DNA of 64,000 nucleotides from Amoebophrya sp. A120 (Eukaryota > Protista > Dinoflagellata), in the NCBI GenBank assembly GCA_905178155.1, contig CAJINV010000019.1, positions 378,475 to 442,474 on the forward strand, in the 5' to 3' direction. Both the position numbers and the translations under genes were made by a program. The notes below the pieces were generated by a model, which was given only the letters and a program-made list of their open reading frames with translations, made no database searches and was not told the DNA's origin. Shown here in pieces: positions 12,217 through 36,100 of the stretch (position 1 is the first letter of the stretch; each line of letters opens with the position of its first letter).

Positions 12217-13634
12217 CCTACCTTTTCCTGGCCTTTACTGCCGATCAGGTGATGGTATGGCCCGCACGGCCGCGATGCTTAGGAGAACGGCATTACTCGA
12301 AGTAGACTGCGTGCGAGGTAGAAAACAATGAAAGTACAGTGGTCATGCTTCTACAGAGGTTTAGTAAAAAATCATCTCGAGGAAAAAACGCCAGTAGTTC
12401 GTGCGAAAAAATAGCTCGTCGTAGATGAAATGTACTTACTTACCAAAATGGGCCTGAGCCGTCAGAACGGTGGCTACAATAGTGGATTGAGCAACAGGCC
12501 TGAAATCGTAAGTGGGAAAGGAGAAAACCTTAAAGTCAGTGGTCAGTGCGCATCACACTGATGATTTCGTACTACCGATAGGATAATCCCGCATCACATA
12601 CCGGAATGCTTGATTGTCCATCTAGCTAGAGCCATCAATTGGAGTGTGCTTTATCTTCTACTGCAACCGCGATATTATTTTTTCATCTACCTACAACACC
12701 ACCTACATCGTGTTTCTCTTCCTTAGAAGAAGTTGCTATAGCCAACAGGACAAGCTAGATTTCCCGTACTTACTTAGCCGTATCGTGCTAGTACCGACGA
12801 CGCCAAGGTCGAGTTGCCACGCGTTGGCCTTCGTGCCAGAAAGGCAAAGGACTGAAGTCGTGACAGCTACACCAAACCGAGAAGACCGAAACTGCGGCTT
12901 GTTGAGGACCGAATGAACCATAGGTGAGAAAAAGTTAACCTCGCACAGTGTTGAATTTTGTTAACCGATTTTTCTTTTATATGAAGACTTGATTCTTCTT
13001 AGACCGAGGATAGAAAGTGTATTTCTTAGTCGGAGCTAGGAATGCTGCAGCTAATGCAGCTTCAGCGACTAGAAGTGACCTGCAAAACCGATCAAAAAAA
13101 CCGACTTTCGACGTACAAGTATCTGTCTTGGTCCTTAAGGGAGATCACAAGTAGCAGGAGCACAAACCTCGTCGTCAATCGGACCCGGGCAAGTGGAAGA
13201 ACTAGTGGTCGCAGCAAGACCTAGTTCTCTTCTGCCGCCTTCCTTCTAGTTTCGTCTCGGCCACCGGCTTTGCGGTGCCACGAAATGAAATATCACACTG
13301 GACAATCACAGTTATTAAAGTTCTTCTCGCTTTGTATTCTGTACTGTCATGAGCAGGCAGCTTCTGCGAATTCGCTTTTTGTATACTGTTTGCGTAGTTT
13401 GCGTTGCTTTTTATTCGTTCTCGGTTCGTAGTCGCTTTTTGTATATGTCGCTTGAATCATGATACGTACTTTTCACTCTATTTGGGGCGTCAGCCAGCGA
13501 ATGGGTGACTGAGTACTTACTTCTACTGCTTCTTTTCTACGGGAAAACGCGCCTTTGGCGTTCAAGAAAAACCGCAGCGTCTTTCCCCGTTTGATATTCA
13601 AAAAAGGACTTCCAACCAGCAAGAACTTCTATCT

Positions 13635-25227
<11,593 letters not shown>

Positions 25228-26842
25228 GGTGTTTGTACTTATACAGCTGTCGTCAGATGAAGAAGATGATGTCGAAGACAACGTATTAGTAATGTTACTC
25301 CTCTTCACAGCATCGTGGGCTCTGCGTTGTCATCATTTCTGCTCTACTTTCAAAAAATTTCTACTAAAAACTAAAACTCCGTAGCTGTGTGGGTTTTTGA
25401 AGTCGTTGCGGTGAATTTGAGTTTGACATACTCCGTAGTTATCATTATAGAAGAATTGAGTTTCGGCTTGTACTCGTCTAATAAATTGTATGGAAGTATT
25501 AAATCTACTTGCGTAATACTGAATCTGAACTCTAAACTGTTCCTCCATCAACGCTTCTCAGTCCACGACTCTCAAGAGTTGCTGCAACCGCAACAGGGAC
25601 TCGCTTCATTTTTCTTGCTGCTTCATCTCGTCCACGACCTGCTTCCGCGGCAGGTAAGTATCTTCTCAAAGGGCGGCGGTGACACCACGACTGCAAAAAA
25701 TATACCACTATATTTACAGCTACGCTACATGAGTACATTCCTCATCAAATCACGCAAGTCATCAACATTGGTGAATCTTATTTTCGGATCCTTTGACACG
25801 CATCAAAACGGAGACTGCTCTGGTCACACAGCTCTCCCGAGGCCGGTGCCATCATGCTGTTGACGTCGCAAGAATGGAACCCATATTAATCATGAACGAT
25901 CGTCACAATAGAACCCAGTCGCTCTGAGCAGTGCGCGATCCACTTACCCGGCTCCGGATGGTAGTTCCCTCTGCGCCGAGTTTTATTTGCAAATTTGAAA
26001 TTTCAACATAACGCTAGCAAAAGGTGCTTGCAAACACCGAAGAATTGCAGGACGCAACTCGTGATCGTCACTACAGGCACGATTACTACCGAAATGATTT
26101 GTATTTGTTGTTGAGGCCTCGTCTAACGATCGCACGGGTGAGGCATAGAACAGAACGAAACCAAACATGCGCACTTTTACCACGCACTTCTGGGTCCATG
26201 TAAATAATCACTGTACAAAAAAAAAAAAGAATCAGAGCGCGTTGCTGCGAGCGTCCCCGGTGCTAGTTTCCATTTTCAAATCCACCGCGTACGAAATCCC
26301 GGAGTGATATTTTTCAAAAAGTGATAACTCACTGAATTATCACTACATTTTCTCGTTCCGGAACGCGCGTCTTTTATGTCCTGAGTTGTGTTTTCCTTTC
26401 TGGTGTTGCGTCGTCCGATCTGAAAACGAAAGCAAGGCCCGATCTGAAGAAAACTGCGCGTTGAGGTTGATCTTGATATGCTCATCAAGCCCTGGAGCAA
26501 ATACCTCGTGCAGACAGCTTGTCGCCGGCGTTGCGGAAAGTACGAAGCAAAGGAGCCGAAGTAGGTGCTCGAGAGACTCTTTGACTCACTGACCCGGCCA
26601 AGCCAGAAAAAGTCGGGAAATTCTTGCTTTCTCGTCCAGGGAAGAAACCTCCTGCCACTGTGCAATTGAAAAAATCGCCGAAACTTGTCGTCGCACATGG
26701 TAGCCAGGAAGTTTCAACAACTTGTTCTACCCGAGATTATAGTTCAGATGATCAGTGCTTCCTTCTCGTGAATGACAATGCTACAACTTCTACCCATGGT
26801 CGCGCCAGTCACCTGCAGCAAGACGACGCCACTTGTTCTGCT

Positions 26843-29800
26843 TCACCTCTTCCTTTCGTTTCCCCGCTCCAAAATTTCTGCCAACCGTTCGATCAGTTGC
26901 GACAAGAAGAGCTGGATTTTCAAACTGCTTTTCGACCCCACTTTGGTCATATCGGACAATTCCGTGGGGTCGTTGCACTTCTTCAACACCAACTTTTCTT
27001 TCCGTAGGTATTTCCACACCAGCAGTTGTTGCTCCACGGGGTAGTCCACCACCTGGCGTCGCAGCTTTCTCATCAGATACGATTGGTCGTCGCCCTGGTC
27101 TTGGTTCAACGTCGTGTGAATCTGAACGAGGAGGTCCGGGTCGATGCAAGTTTGCGCCAGAGCTACGTGGTCGCGAACAGGCTTGTCGTTTTCCTCTTGG
27201 CGTTTGGACGGCGCATTAAGCACCTCAGTAGTGTCGACTGTAGATATAGGTGGCTGAGGAACAGTTGAGGAAGCTATTCCATCACGTTCTTGTTTACTTC
27301 GTTCTCCTGAGCGAGTATCCGGAGGGAGTGCCGCATCCTGTATAGCATGATCACCATCATCATCATCGTCCTCGTCGTCGTTACTCAGGCTCAAATTCCA
27401 GACCGGCTGCGTCCGCTCACACCCGGTGGTCGTCTCCAACCTCGCGATCGATTTTGCGGCGCTTCGTGCTTCCCTGTTCGAGGAAGATGGTGGCGGAAGA
27501 CTGCGGGCGCTGTCTTCCCCCGCGAGCTGCGATAGGCTCACCTCCCGTTGCTCGGCCGGCTCGAATATTAATGCACTGGCTGAGCCAACGAATTTAAAAT
27601 CTTCGTGGTTCAGGTCTTGTGCGTGGTTGCTGTCAGACCCAGAACGTTGACGCGAATGACCAACAAGCCCTTCTGAAGATATGCCCCGGTCGTGGTCTTT
27701 TTCACGACTCGGAAAAAGCACTCCCGGCTCCTCCTCCCCTGCCGCTGCATCGTCCGGCTTCGGGTCGAGTTGTGCGGGTTCTTGTTTTTCCGTCTCAAAG
27801 CTTTCATCGGCCGCAGTGTCGGCAATTCCAGGCGCGGGCACAGTCATGCCATTATTTGCGTCAGCGTTTGTCGGGATCGGGAAGCCTGTGTCAACATCTT
27901 TTGGCTGAACCGATAAAACTGCTTCGTCGGCGGTTGCTGGATCCTCGCCTTCTCGCGGAGACAAACACTGTTGCTCACCTGCTTCTTGAGGATTTGTTGT
28001 CTCCGAACAAATCGCCGAGGGGGGTATCCTGCTTTCCCCGTTTTGAAGATAAGTAGTCGGTAAAGCAAGTTCTGCTGCTAGGCTAACGTCTGTTGCTGCG
28101 GGTCGTTCGGCGGAAGGAGGAGTAGAAAGAGCCATGTTATTCTCCTTCTCTGTAGGAACAGTGTCACGACTGACGTTCCCATCTATAATTGCGCCCTGGC
28201 AGCTCGCACCATGTTTATCGTGAGATATTTCACTTTCATCCACCTCACCCGCATTCGTGATCTCGCCTTGTGGTACTGGCAACTCATTTTCATTGCTGGC
28301 GACCTTCGCGGGTGAGATTTTTGCGTTGCTTTTGGAAGATGAAGAACTACTTCCTTTCCCTGTGCTAGTAGCGGTAGTTGATTCACCTTTACTATTCCCG
28401 GTGGCTAGCAAAGCGCTTCGCTGCCTCTCGTTCGGAAGGAAAGACGAAGAAGAACCTGCAGCTGCTCCTCCAACTCCCGCCGCGCCCCGTCCAGCGCTGG
28501 TAGCCATTTTCCCGGCCCCCTTCGCTTTCCTTCCCCGCCGCTCGATACTTTGGAATTCCGGCTTCAAGTTAAAGCGGACCCGGTTCTTGATAAAAGGCAG
28601 CCCCACATCGTATTTAAAAACATGCCCACCCCATAGTTGTAATGCAAATCTGCATGCTATGCATGTCTCTCATGCGGAGCCCCATGGGAAGCATTTTCTA
28701 GTCACTTTTTGAAATTTGTCATGCTCCAATCAGCATGGTGCGCTGGATCTGTGCTGCTGCTGAGCTACCTCAAACAGCACTACACTACGAGTCCGAATTT
28801 GTCATGCAAAACAGCCAAAACTTGTGGATTTGTCTAGCCGATTTCCCATCTTGACTATGGGGTGGGGACGTTTTTACATAGGATACCCCAGCTCCAGGTT
28901 TTTTGCGGTGGCCGCTGCGTCAACACCGCCCCCCGCGAGCGGGCCCCCAGGACCAGCTCCACCGGGCCCTCGCGTGATTTTGTGGCCGTTCTTCACCGCC
29001 GCGGCGGCGATGCGTCGCTGGCGGTCGTAGATCTTCCCGTGCGCCGGCCCGGGGCTCGTGGGCGACGTCGAACTTGTCGAGGCTTCGTCGTCGTCGACCT
29101 CATGATTCTTTATTGCCATAGACGTAGTACCAACTTCATCTTCCCGCCCTTTCCCAGTCCCATCTTCGCCGGGTGAAAGCGCTTCCAGCCTCATCTGCAG
29201 CTCCACAGAATTGTTCGTGATCTCCTTGCTTGCCGTACTAGCAGCAGACGATAAAGAAGGAGTGTCCTTGTCATCACCAGGCCGCTGATGTAAAAATTCC
29301 TCTTCCCCTGCTCCTCTCCGACACGGATGGTCACTTCCAGCATGATCCCTCTCCCCCCGTGGCGTTTCGTGCAGCGGCTCCTCCAGCAATACGGTATCGC
29401 CTGTCATCACACCGGTGCTGGTAGGTTCGAAAAAAACCACGTCGGTCGTGGATGGTCGGGTAGCGCTAGTACGAAAAGAACGAGAAGTGGAGTGAGCAGG
29501 TGCAGACTCGTCTGCCAAGTCGTGATCTTGCAGATCATCTTTCGCCGCATTTTCTCCTAGGTGAAGCTGTAGTTTTCGATCCGCAGAAGCTGCAGCTGCT
29601 GCGGGGCTCGAAGACAAAGCTGATGAAGATGAGAGTGTTCCTCGTCCCCCTTGCTCGTCGTCGGAATTCCAGTGCTCGTTGACGAAGCGGTGGCATATGA
29701 ATTGCAAAAGTATCGTCTCCGTATTCGTAAGAAAATGCATATTTTCTCAGCATGAGAAATAAAATTTGTAATGCGGATTTTCCTCATGAAAGAGATTTGT

Positions 29801-32175
29801 AATGCATGACTGCAATTACTACGAGTACGATACTTTTGCGCAGGCTATGGCAAGCCTTATCGTTGATACTGTCCCGCGCGAGCTGGTGGATCAAGTTGGT
29901 GGTCAGACTGGGTATCGGAAGCTGCAGCGAAAACAGCATCGCCGCGGCGGTATCCTGGGCGATGACGGCCGCCGAGGCTCCGTTCTTGTTCTCTGGTTCG
30001 AGAAGAATTTTTCCTACTGGCCCGGGACGCCGAACGACTGCATTTGTAGAAATACCACCACCTTCATCTCCGTCCTCCTGGTCAGGCTCCTGAATGGTCC
30101 TTTTTGAGTTCTCCTCCTCCTTTTCCTCCTCTGTTTCTGAAGACGATTTATTGTCCGCCTCTGTAGTGTTCCTCAACGGCCTCTCGATCTCCGCAACAGC
30201 CGATGTCTTGTAATTTTGGCTATCCGGCGCGTCTGTTGCTTCTTCTGTGCCCTCCGGCTCCGTTGACTCAGTTTCAGTACGGCCGTCGTGGCTGCTGTTG
30301 CTGCTGCCACTGCAGCTTTTCATCGGTTGTGAAGTGAATACAGTTGCGTTACTCGTCATCAGCCCGCCTTTGCAGTTCTTCCTGTCGTGGTCTCTCCCGA
30401 CTACATGTTTCCGAGGCAGGAAAAAATCCAAGTTATCAAATGCAAATGTGTCTGGGTCTGGATGAGTGCACGAGTTTGCCATGCTGTCTTTGCATGGCAC
30501 AGAAATTCTATCTGTGGAAGCTCCTACCATCACAGATTTCGAGAAGTAGCTTATGCAATGCCTAATCCGCATGACAGATCCCCACTTTTGGAGACAGCAA
30601 GTGGCGATCTTTTGCTGCCTATGCATGAGAGATTTGTGGGCGTCGTGCTATGCGCATCACAAGTTCGCATCCCTCCAGACCCAGACATATTTGCAACGCA
30701 TACAAGTCCACGGAAGACCAATCCGAGACATCTCCGTCGCAATCGCTGGACGTGTGCGAGCTCGAGTCCTCCTGCTCGACGTTAAGAGTACTACACGCCG
30801 GCGTCGTGCTCGTGCTCGTGTGGTGGTGGGGAGCGTAATGATCAAGTATATGATGGTGCTTCGCACTACCACTACTGCTACTACTTGCCGTGATGTCGTG
30901 CGGTGCCGACACCTTTTTCAAAATGGACTTTGGAGCCCGCCTCGCAACAGTAAAATTCGTGCTACTACTGCTGGCATCCACACCGCCGCCCGTCTGGCTG
31001 GAAAGACCACCGGCTGGTGGTGCCTGCAGGACGTGAAGATCACCCGCAAGAACGCCTCCTCCAGCGGACTGTTTTATTGAAGCTGTTTCAGCAACATTTC
31101 CCCGGACGCCGGCTTCCCCCACTGTCCCAGCTACGAGAGAAGCAGAACTAGCAGAAAGGGAGTGTGGTCCCGTATCACCCCGCCCTCCCAACCCGCCAGG
31201 AAACAGCGCGCAGACCTCCTCGTTGTCTTTGACGAAGAACAAATCCGGGTGTTTCTGGAACAGCTTCGCGCGGACCGCCTTCAGCTTGTTTTCCTTCAGC
31301 GGAAACTTCAACAGGCGCTTCCAGTTCTTGTTGCCGTTCAGGTCCGATAAAGTCACGGAGTTTCCCGCCTGCAGGTGTTGATGAATCAGCAGAACCAGCT
31401 CTCGCTCCTTGTCCAGGATAGTCTGCTCCTTGCTGGAAGACGTTCGTGCCGGAGACGAAACCTCCGCGGTGCGAGCGGGGGGTTGATGTTGTATCATTTG
31501 CTGCTGTCCAGACGACCTACTTGCTGCAGCCCCTGTTTCTACCATCATACCCGCTGGTGACGAAGACGAACTAGCACTCGTCGCATCATAGCCCCTCGAG
31601 GTCTCAGCATAACGTTGGCGACTATCTTGGAAATTGTCACGCAGGTCCTCTATGATCCTTGCTGCTTTTGCCTCCCGCTCCGGCGATGGCGAATGCAGCA
31701 TGCTGGAGGACTTTCCTCGCATCTCTCCGCCGTTTTCGTCGCCGCGTGGGGAGGACGAGTTCGACTTGTCTACATGAGTGTTATCTTCTTCACCGAGATG
31801 ATTCGCGGACGACGACGGCCTGCCAGGGTCGTCGTGGTTTACTTGCTTTTTGTCTTCACCAACACCAACACCTCTTCCTCTTGGAAAAGCGTCATCGTTT
31901 CCACCGCCCACAAGAGCCTTGGCTCCAAGCTCGTTCGTCCTTGCCGTGTCGCCTTGGACACTCGTGGCTTTTCGTTCCACTACTGGGGAAGACCTCCCCA
32001 CATCAAAATTTTGTGGTTCCTCATCTAGAGCTGCTGCTGCATCGATCTGTTCTTGCGGCCTTGATATTATTGCTTCCGTCTCGTTATCATCCACGATATG
32101 ACCGGTAATAACCCCACGACCTCCACTTCTCTTATTCTTCGTACCGCCTTTCTCTTTGGATGGCTTCTTGGGCAT
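26843..32175 (-). CDS. large low-complexity hypothetical protein (~1500 aa) with a possible winged-helix/LOTUS-like island
   Basis: ORFs 30619-32175, 29784-30626, 28874-29740 and 26843-28606 join in frame after removing three elements. Globular stretch VLLIHQHLQAGNSVTLSDL...LFQKHPDLFFV. Confidence 0.75.
28606..28885. mobile_element. introner, family C (yATCnTATnTAAAAACGTnCCCACCCCATAG)
   Basis: TIR; perfect TSD TGGGG. Confidence 0.9.
29696..29847. mobile_element. introner, short family E
   Basis: TIR; perfect TSD TGCCA; related to 8478-8625. Confidence 0.88.
30434..30702. mobile_element. introner, family A
   Basis: TIR; perfect TSD ACTTG. Confidence 0.9.
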
Positions 32176-33165
32176 TGTGGAAGGTCAAGGTGGTTCTTGA
32201 ATCAGCGCGATAAAAAATAAGCTTCGACCTAGTGAAAGTCGAAATTGCTTCGGCAAAATGTGTTGAAAATACTCACCTACTAGGCAACGGCAAGACAAAA
32301 TTTGTACTTGTTTCCACAAAAATACGACAGCACAAATGAACAATGACGTTCTTCTATCATAGAAAATAGACTCCACGCAGCTCTATCTCGTGTCTTCCGC
32401 CCAGCGGCAGAACTCGAATGATAATCAAACAATTGCGCGAAAACAAAAATAACGCACGGCACCGCTTTCGTAGCTCAAGTAAAATTTTCCAGGGCGTATG
32501 AGTAAAACTAAACTTCTGCTGAATCCCATGGTTTGTCAGAGTCGGTGCTACTCGTGCGTACCCGAGGAATACTAGTTCTACTTGCTACTTACTACTGAAA
32601 CAGTCGTGACAGATGTCATCTAAAGGGAGCCCTACTTACTCGCTTGCGAAAAAAAAGATCCGCGACTCTACTTTTACCAATTGTAGCTTGTTCAACTGCT
32701 CTACATCTAGTTTCGTAAATTTGGCCCTGTTCGTCATGTTGGGACAAGATGCCCAGCTTCCTATTGCTCTTTCAAAATATGTCACAAAAACAGGTCGTCG
32801 GGGGGGGTTCGACAATACGGAAAAGTGAAAGTAGCGCTCGCGGAAACACTAAAGATCTTTCTGATCCTGACTACCGAACACTACAAAACTTGTGGATCTT
32901 TTGGATCATTGTGTGCCTGCGCGAATGAAGAGTGTTGGCGCTGCGGGAACTGAAAATCAGCCCTCGCGCGATCGTTTCCATTGTAACGTCCTGAAAGCAC
33001 CAGTTGCAGGGGCCACTCCCTGGGCCTGGCCCCGATTCGATCGAGGACGGATCAGTCAAATTCAAAACAACATATTCATTTTGAAACAAAAACGCGGAGC
33101 TCGTGTCCCACTCTGTGGCTGTACTCGGAACATAAAGAAAAACAGAAGAACCTGCGTACAACAAA

Positions 33166-36100
33166 CTAGTTTCTGTCAATGACAAGGTGGTCCATGCAAT
33201 CTTTTTTTAAAATCCTAGGTCCACCTAGGGATCCAGGGGTAGTACCTACCTTGTACTTCAGCCGAGCATTCGTCCAAGATCGCGACAAGTACTGACGCCA
33301 TTTTATTTCTCTAACAAAAGTGGAGTAGCACAGCGGACGTCGACTCCGAGGAACCAGGATTCTGATGAACATCCGTTGGGCCGAAGGACCTCCAAAAAAA
33401 AAGGCACCACCACAAAGGCCTCCTTTGTTCTCCAGGAGAGTAGAGAAAAATACGCAATACTTACTCACTTTGTCCAGGTACTCAGCAAACGTCTTTACGA
33501 ATTCACTCGTGCCCGTGGCGTACACATTCAGTCCACCACCTTGCCAGTCCGGCCTTCTTGTGAAGACGGAGACTATCGGAACGAGCGCTCCGTGGTCGTA
33601 AAATTTTGGGTAGTTGATGACATAATTGTCACGAGGAACATCTGAAACTTTGTTTTTATCGACCAGGTTGTATAGCTGCATTTGGCCTTCTTCGCGACCC
33701 TCGGTAGAAGTTCCACTGGTACTAAATCCCGCCTCTTCCCACTCGAAGTTCCAGGAAGAAATGATGAAAGTCAGCGCGTGTTCGTCGAAGACATGCACCA
33801 CTTTCTCGTGCTTGGCTTGCCTTTCTTCTAGCCACTGTCCTAAAGCCTCGACCTGGTCCCTCTGTCCCTGCGCTTGCAAGTCGCGCCTGAGTCGCAACGC
33901 TATGTCCGCAATAATTGTGGACGGCACGATGCTCCCGACCTCGTGCTCGCGGTCGTTTTGCAGTAGCAGCTCCTTCACTTTCAGCCTCGTGAACACAGAC
34001 GCCACCGTATTGAGAGGAAAAATCCCCCCTCCCCATATTGACAAGGTACGTTTTCGAAAATTTGCGTTGCTGATTTGTGACCACAAATCGTCACAGCCGC
34101 CACATTCTACAGGCGGTTTGTCATGCTGTTGCTCCTACAGCGTGGACGTCTGTCATGCTAAGCGCCTAGGCCAAAACCTGTCTACTGAGGCCTGACATAG
34201 GCCTGCAGTCCTCGCCAGCAAGACACATCTGCTTTGCGTACGCAGATCCAGCATCAGAAACTTCGTCGCGATATGGGGAGGGGGGATTTTTCCTTCTGAT
34301 ACACCGCGTTGCCGCAGTAATCCTTGGGAACGGCGTTCTGCAACCTCCGGCCGCGAAAGTTGCAGGCCCGCGCGACGGTGGTAACGACATCGTTGTTCGT
34401 GAAGTCGAGCGCGAGTTGCTTCACCCGGGCGTAGACCAGGGCGCGCCACACGATCGCCGTGAGAATGTCATCGGTGGTGATCGATATCAAATGTAAAAAT
34501 GTCTGGGTCTGGAAGATTGCCAGGTTTGTCATGCACATTTTTTTTTTTTTTTTTCATTGGGCCCCACTCTGAAAACGCATATAAATTCATCACTAATCTA
34601 GGAGGCCGGTGGGCGTTACTTAACATGTGAAGCAGTTCTACGAATTCACCTGCCTGCCGCAGCAGGTCAATCAGGGCCGACACCTTTCACACAGTTAAGC
34701 AGTGCGCGTGTACACCATCTTTTTTTTTGATTTGTACCATTTCCGCCCTTGTCGCCTGCTCCGTCACCAAGGTCTCGCGCCAGTTCCGTCAATTCCCCCC
34801 CATCTGTACAACTCTGCTGGAAAGGCAGAAAAAAAAGACTCAGCCCCTGTTGGAATAATTAAGCACAAAGAGCCCACACAGAAAATTCCTGCACCTACCT
34901 AGGGGCGACTAGGCAGATAAGGTGTGCCATAGCGAGGGGTGTCTATGTGTCCAAGCTGTGCAATACTAAGCGGGAAACGCATCAGGGATATCGTGCGGGG
35001 TCCGCTAAAAAAAATATCGCGAAGGCGGCAAGGGAGTAACGCTATCTCTAATCTTTGGCGGCAATCTAATAAGTGGGGGACAGCCAAAAAAAAAAAGCTA
35101 CAGGATCTTTCGCACTGCGTGCGTACATCTACGATGCGGATCTTTCTCGGGTCGGTAACGACAGCGAGGCAACTCTCCTCGCTGCGTTCCGCCTTTTTTT
35201 GTCAGTGCATGACAAACCCCCCGGGGAGGGGTTTGTCATGCACATTTTGCATGACTCCTGATGTCTGTGATGCATGCCCTAGCATCACAGATTTTTAGAG
35301 GGCTTCCTGATGCCTATACCGCATGACAAATGCTCGCTCCGTGTAGCAAAACTTGGACTCTCTTTGCTGCTCATGCAATACAGATTTTTTTAGAATCTAA
35401 AATCAGCGTGACAAGTTGGATTCTTCCAGACCCAGACATTTTTACAGTTGATAATCGACGTTGTTGTACTACATGCCGCGTTTGTTGTTCTAGTTGCTTC
35501 ATAATCACTAGTCGCTTCATAATCTTTCTCCAAACCCGCGGCAATCACTGTTTGCTTCATCTTCGCCAGCAGTTTCTTCGGAAAACCCACCACGCAGCAC
35601 GCCGTTCCGTTGATCTTTGGAAAAACCGGGAGGAATTCCGGAATCGCCGGAGTGCCGAGGGGAACCGCGCGCAAACGGTTTTTGAAGATCAAAGGTGCGG
35701 ACGGTATTGAACAAGGTGGAACGACGGTGGTCGCGAGCGGCTTTGGATCTACTTGTTCCGCGTCTGGGTCTCGCGCTGTGCCAGTGGTGCTATAATGATC
35801 CGGCGTCGGCACCTCTTGAGAACTGCTACTGCTCGCTCGATGACCTCCTCCTAGCTGCTGCTCTTCCCCCGCCGTAGCACTGCTCTGCGCTCCATCGCCA
35901 GTAAGCATCGCGCCAGTTCCCACGTCCCTCCGCTCCTCCTCCGAACTCGACGACAGTGTTGAGGTACGGCGGGACAGCCACGGCCACAGGCGCTCCTTCT
36001 TGGGAAGAGTTTTTATCACGGGAGGACCGCCCGCGGTGTCTTCCTGCTGATGTTGATCTACATCTACTGTGATTGGGGCGGAAGCACCAGAGCTTGGGTG

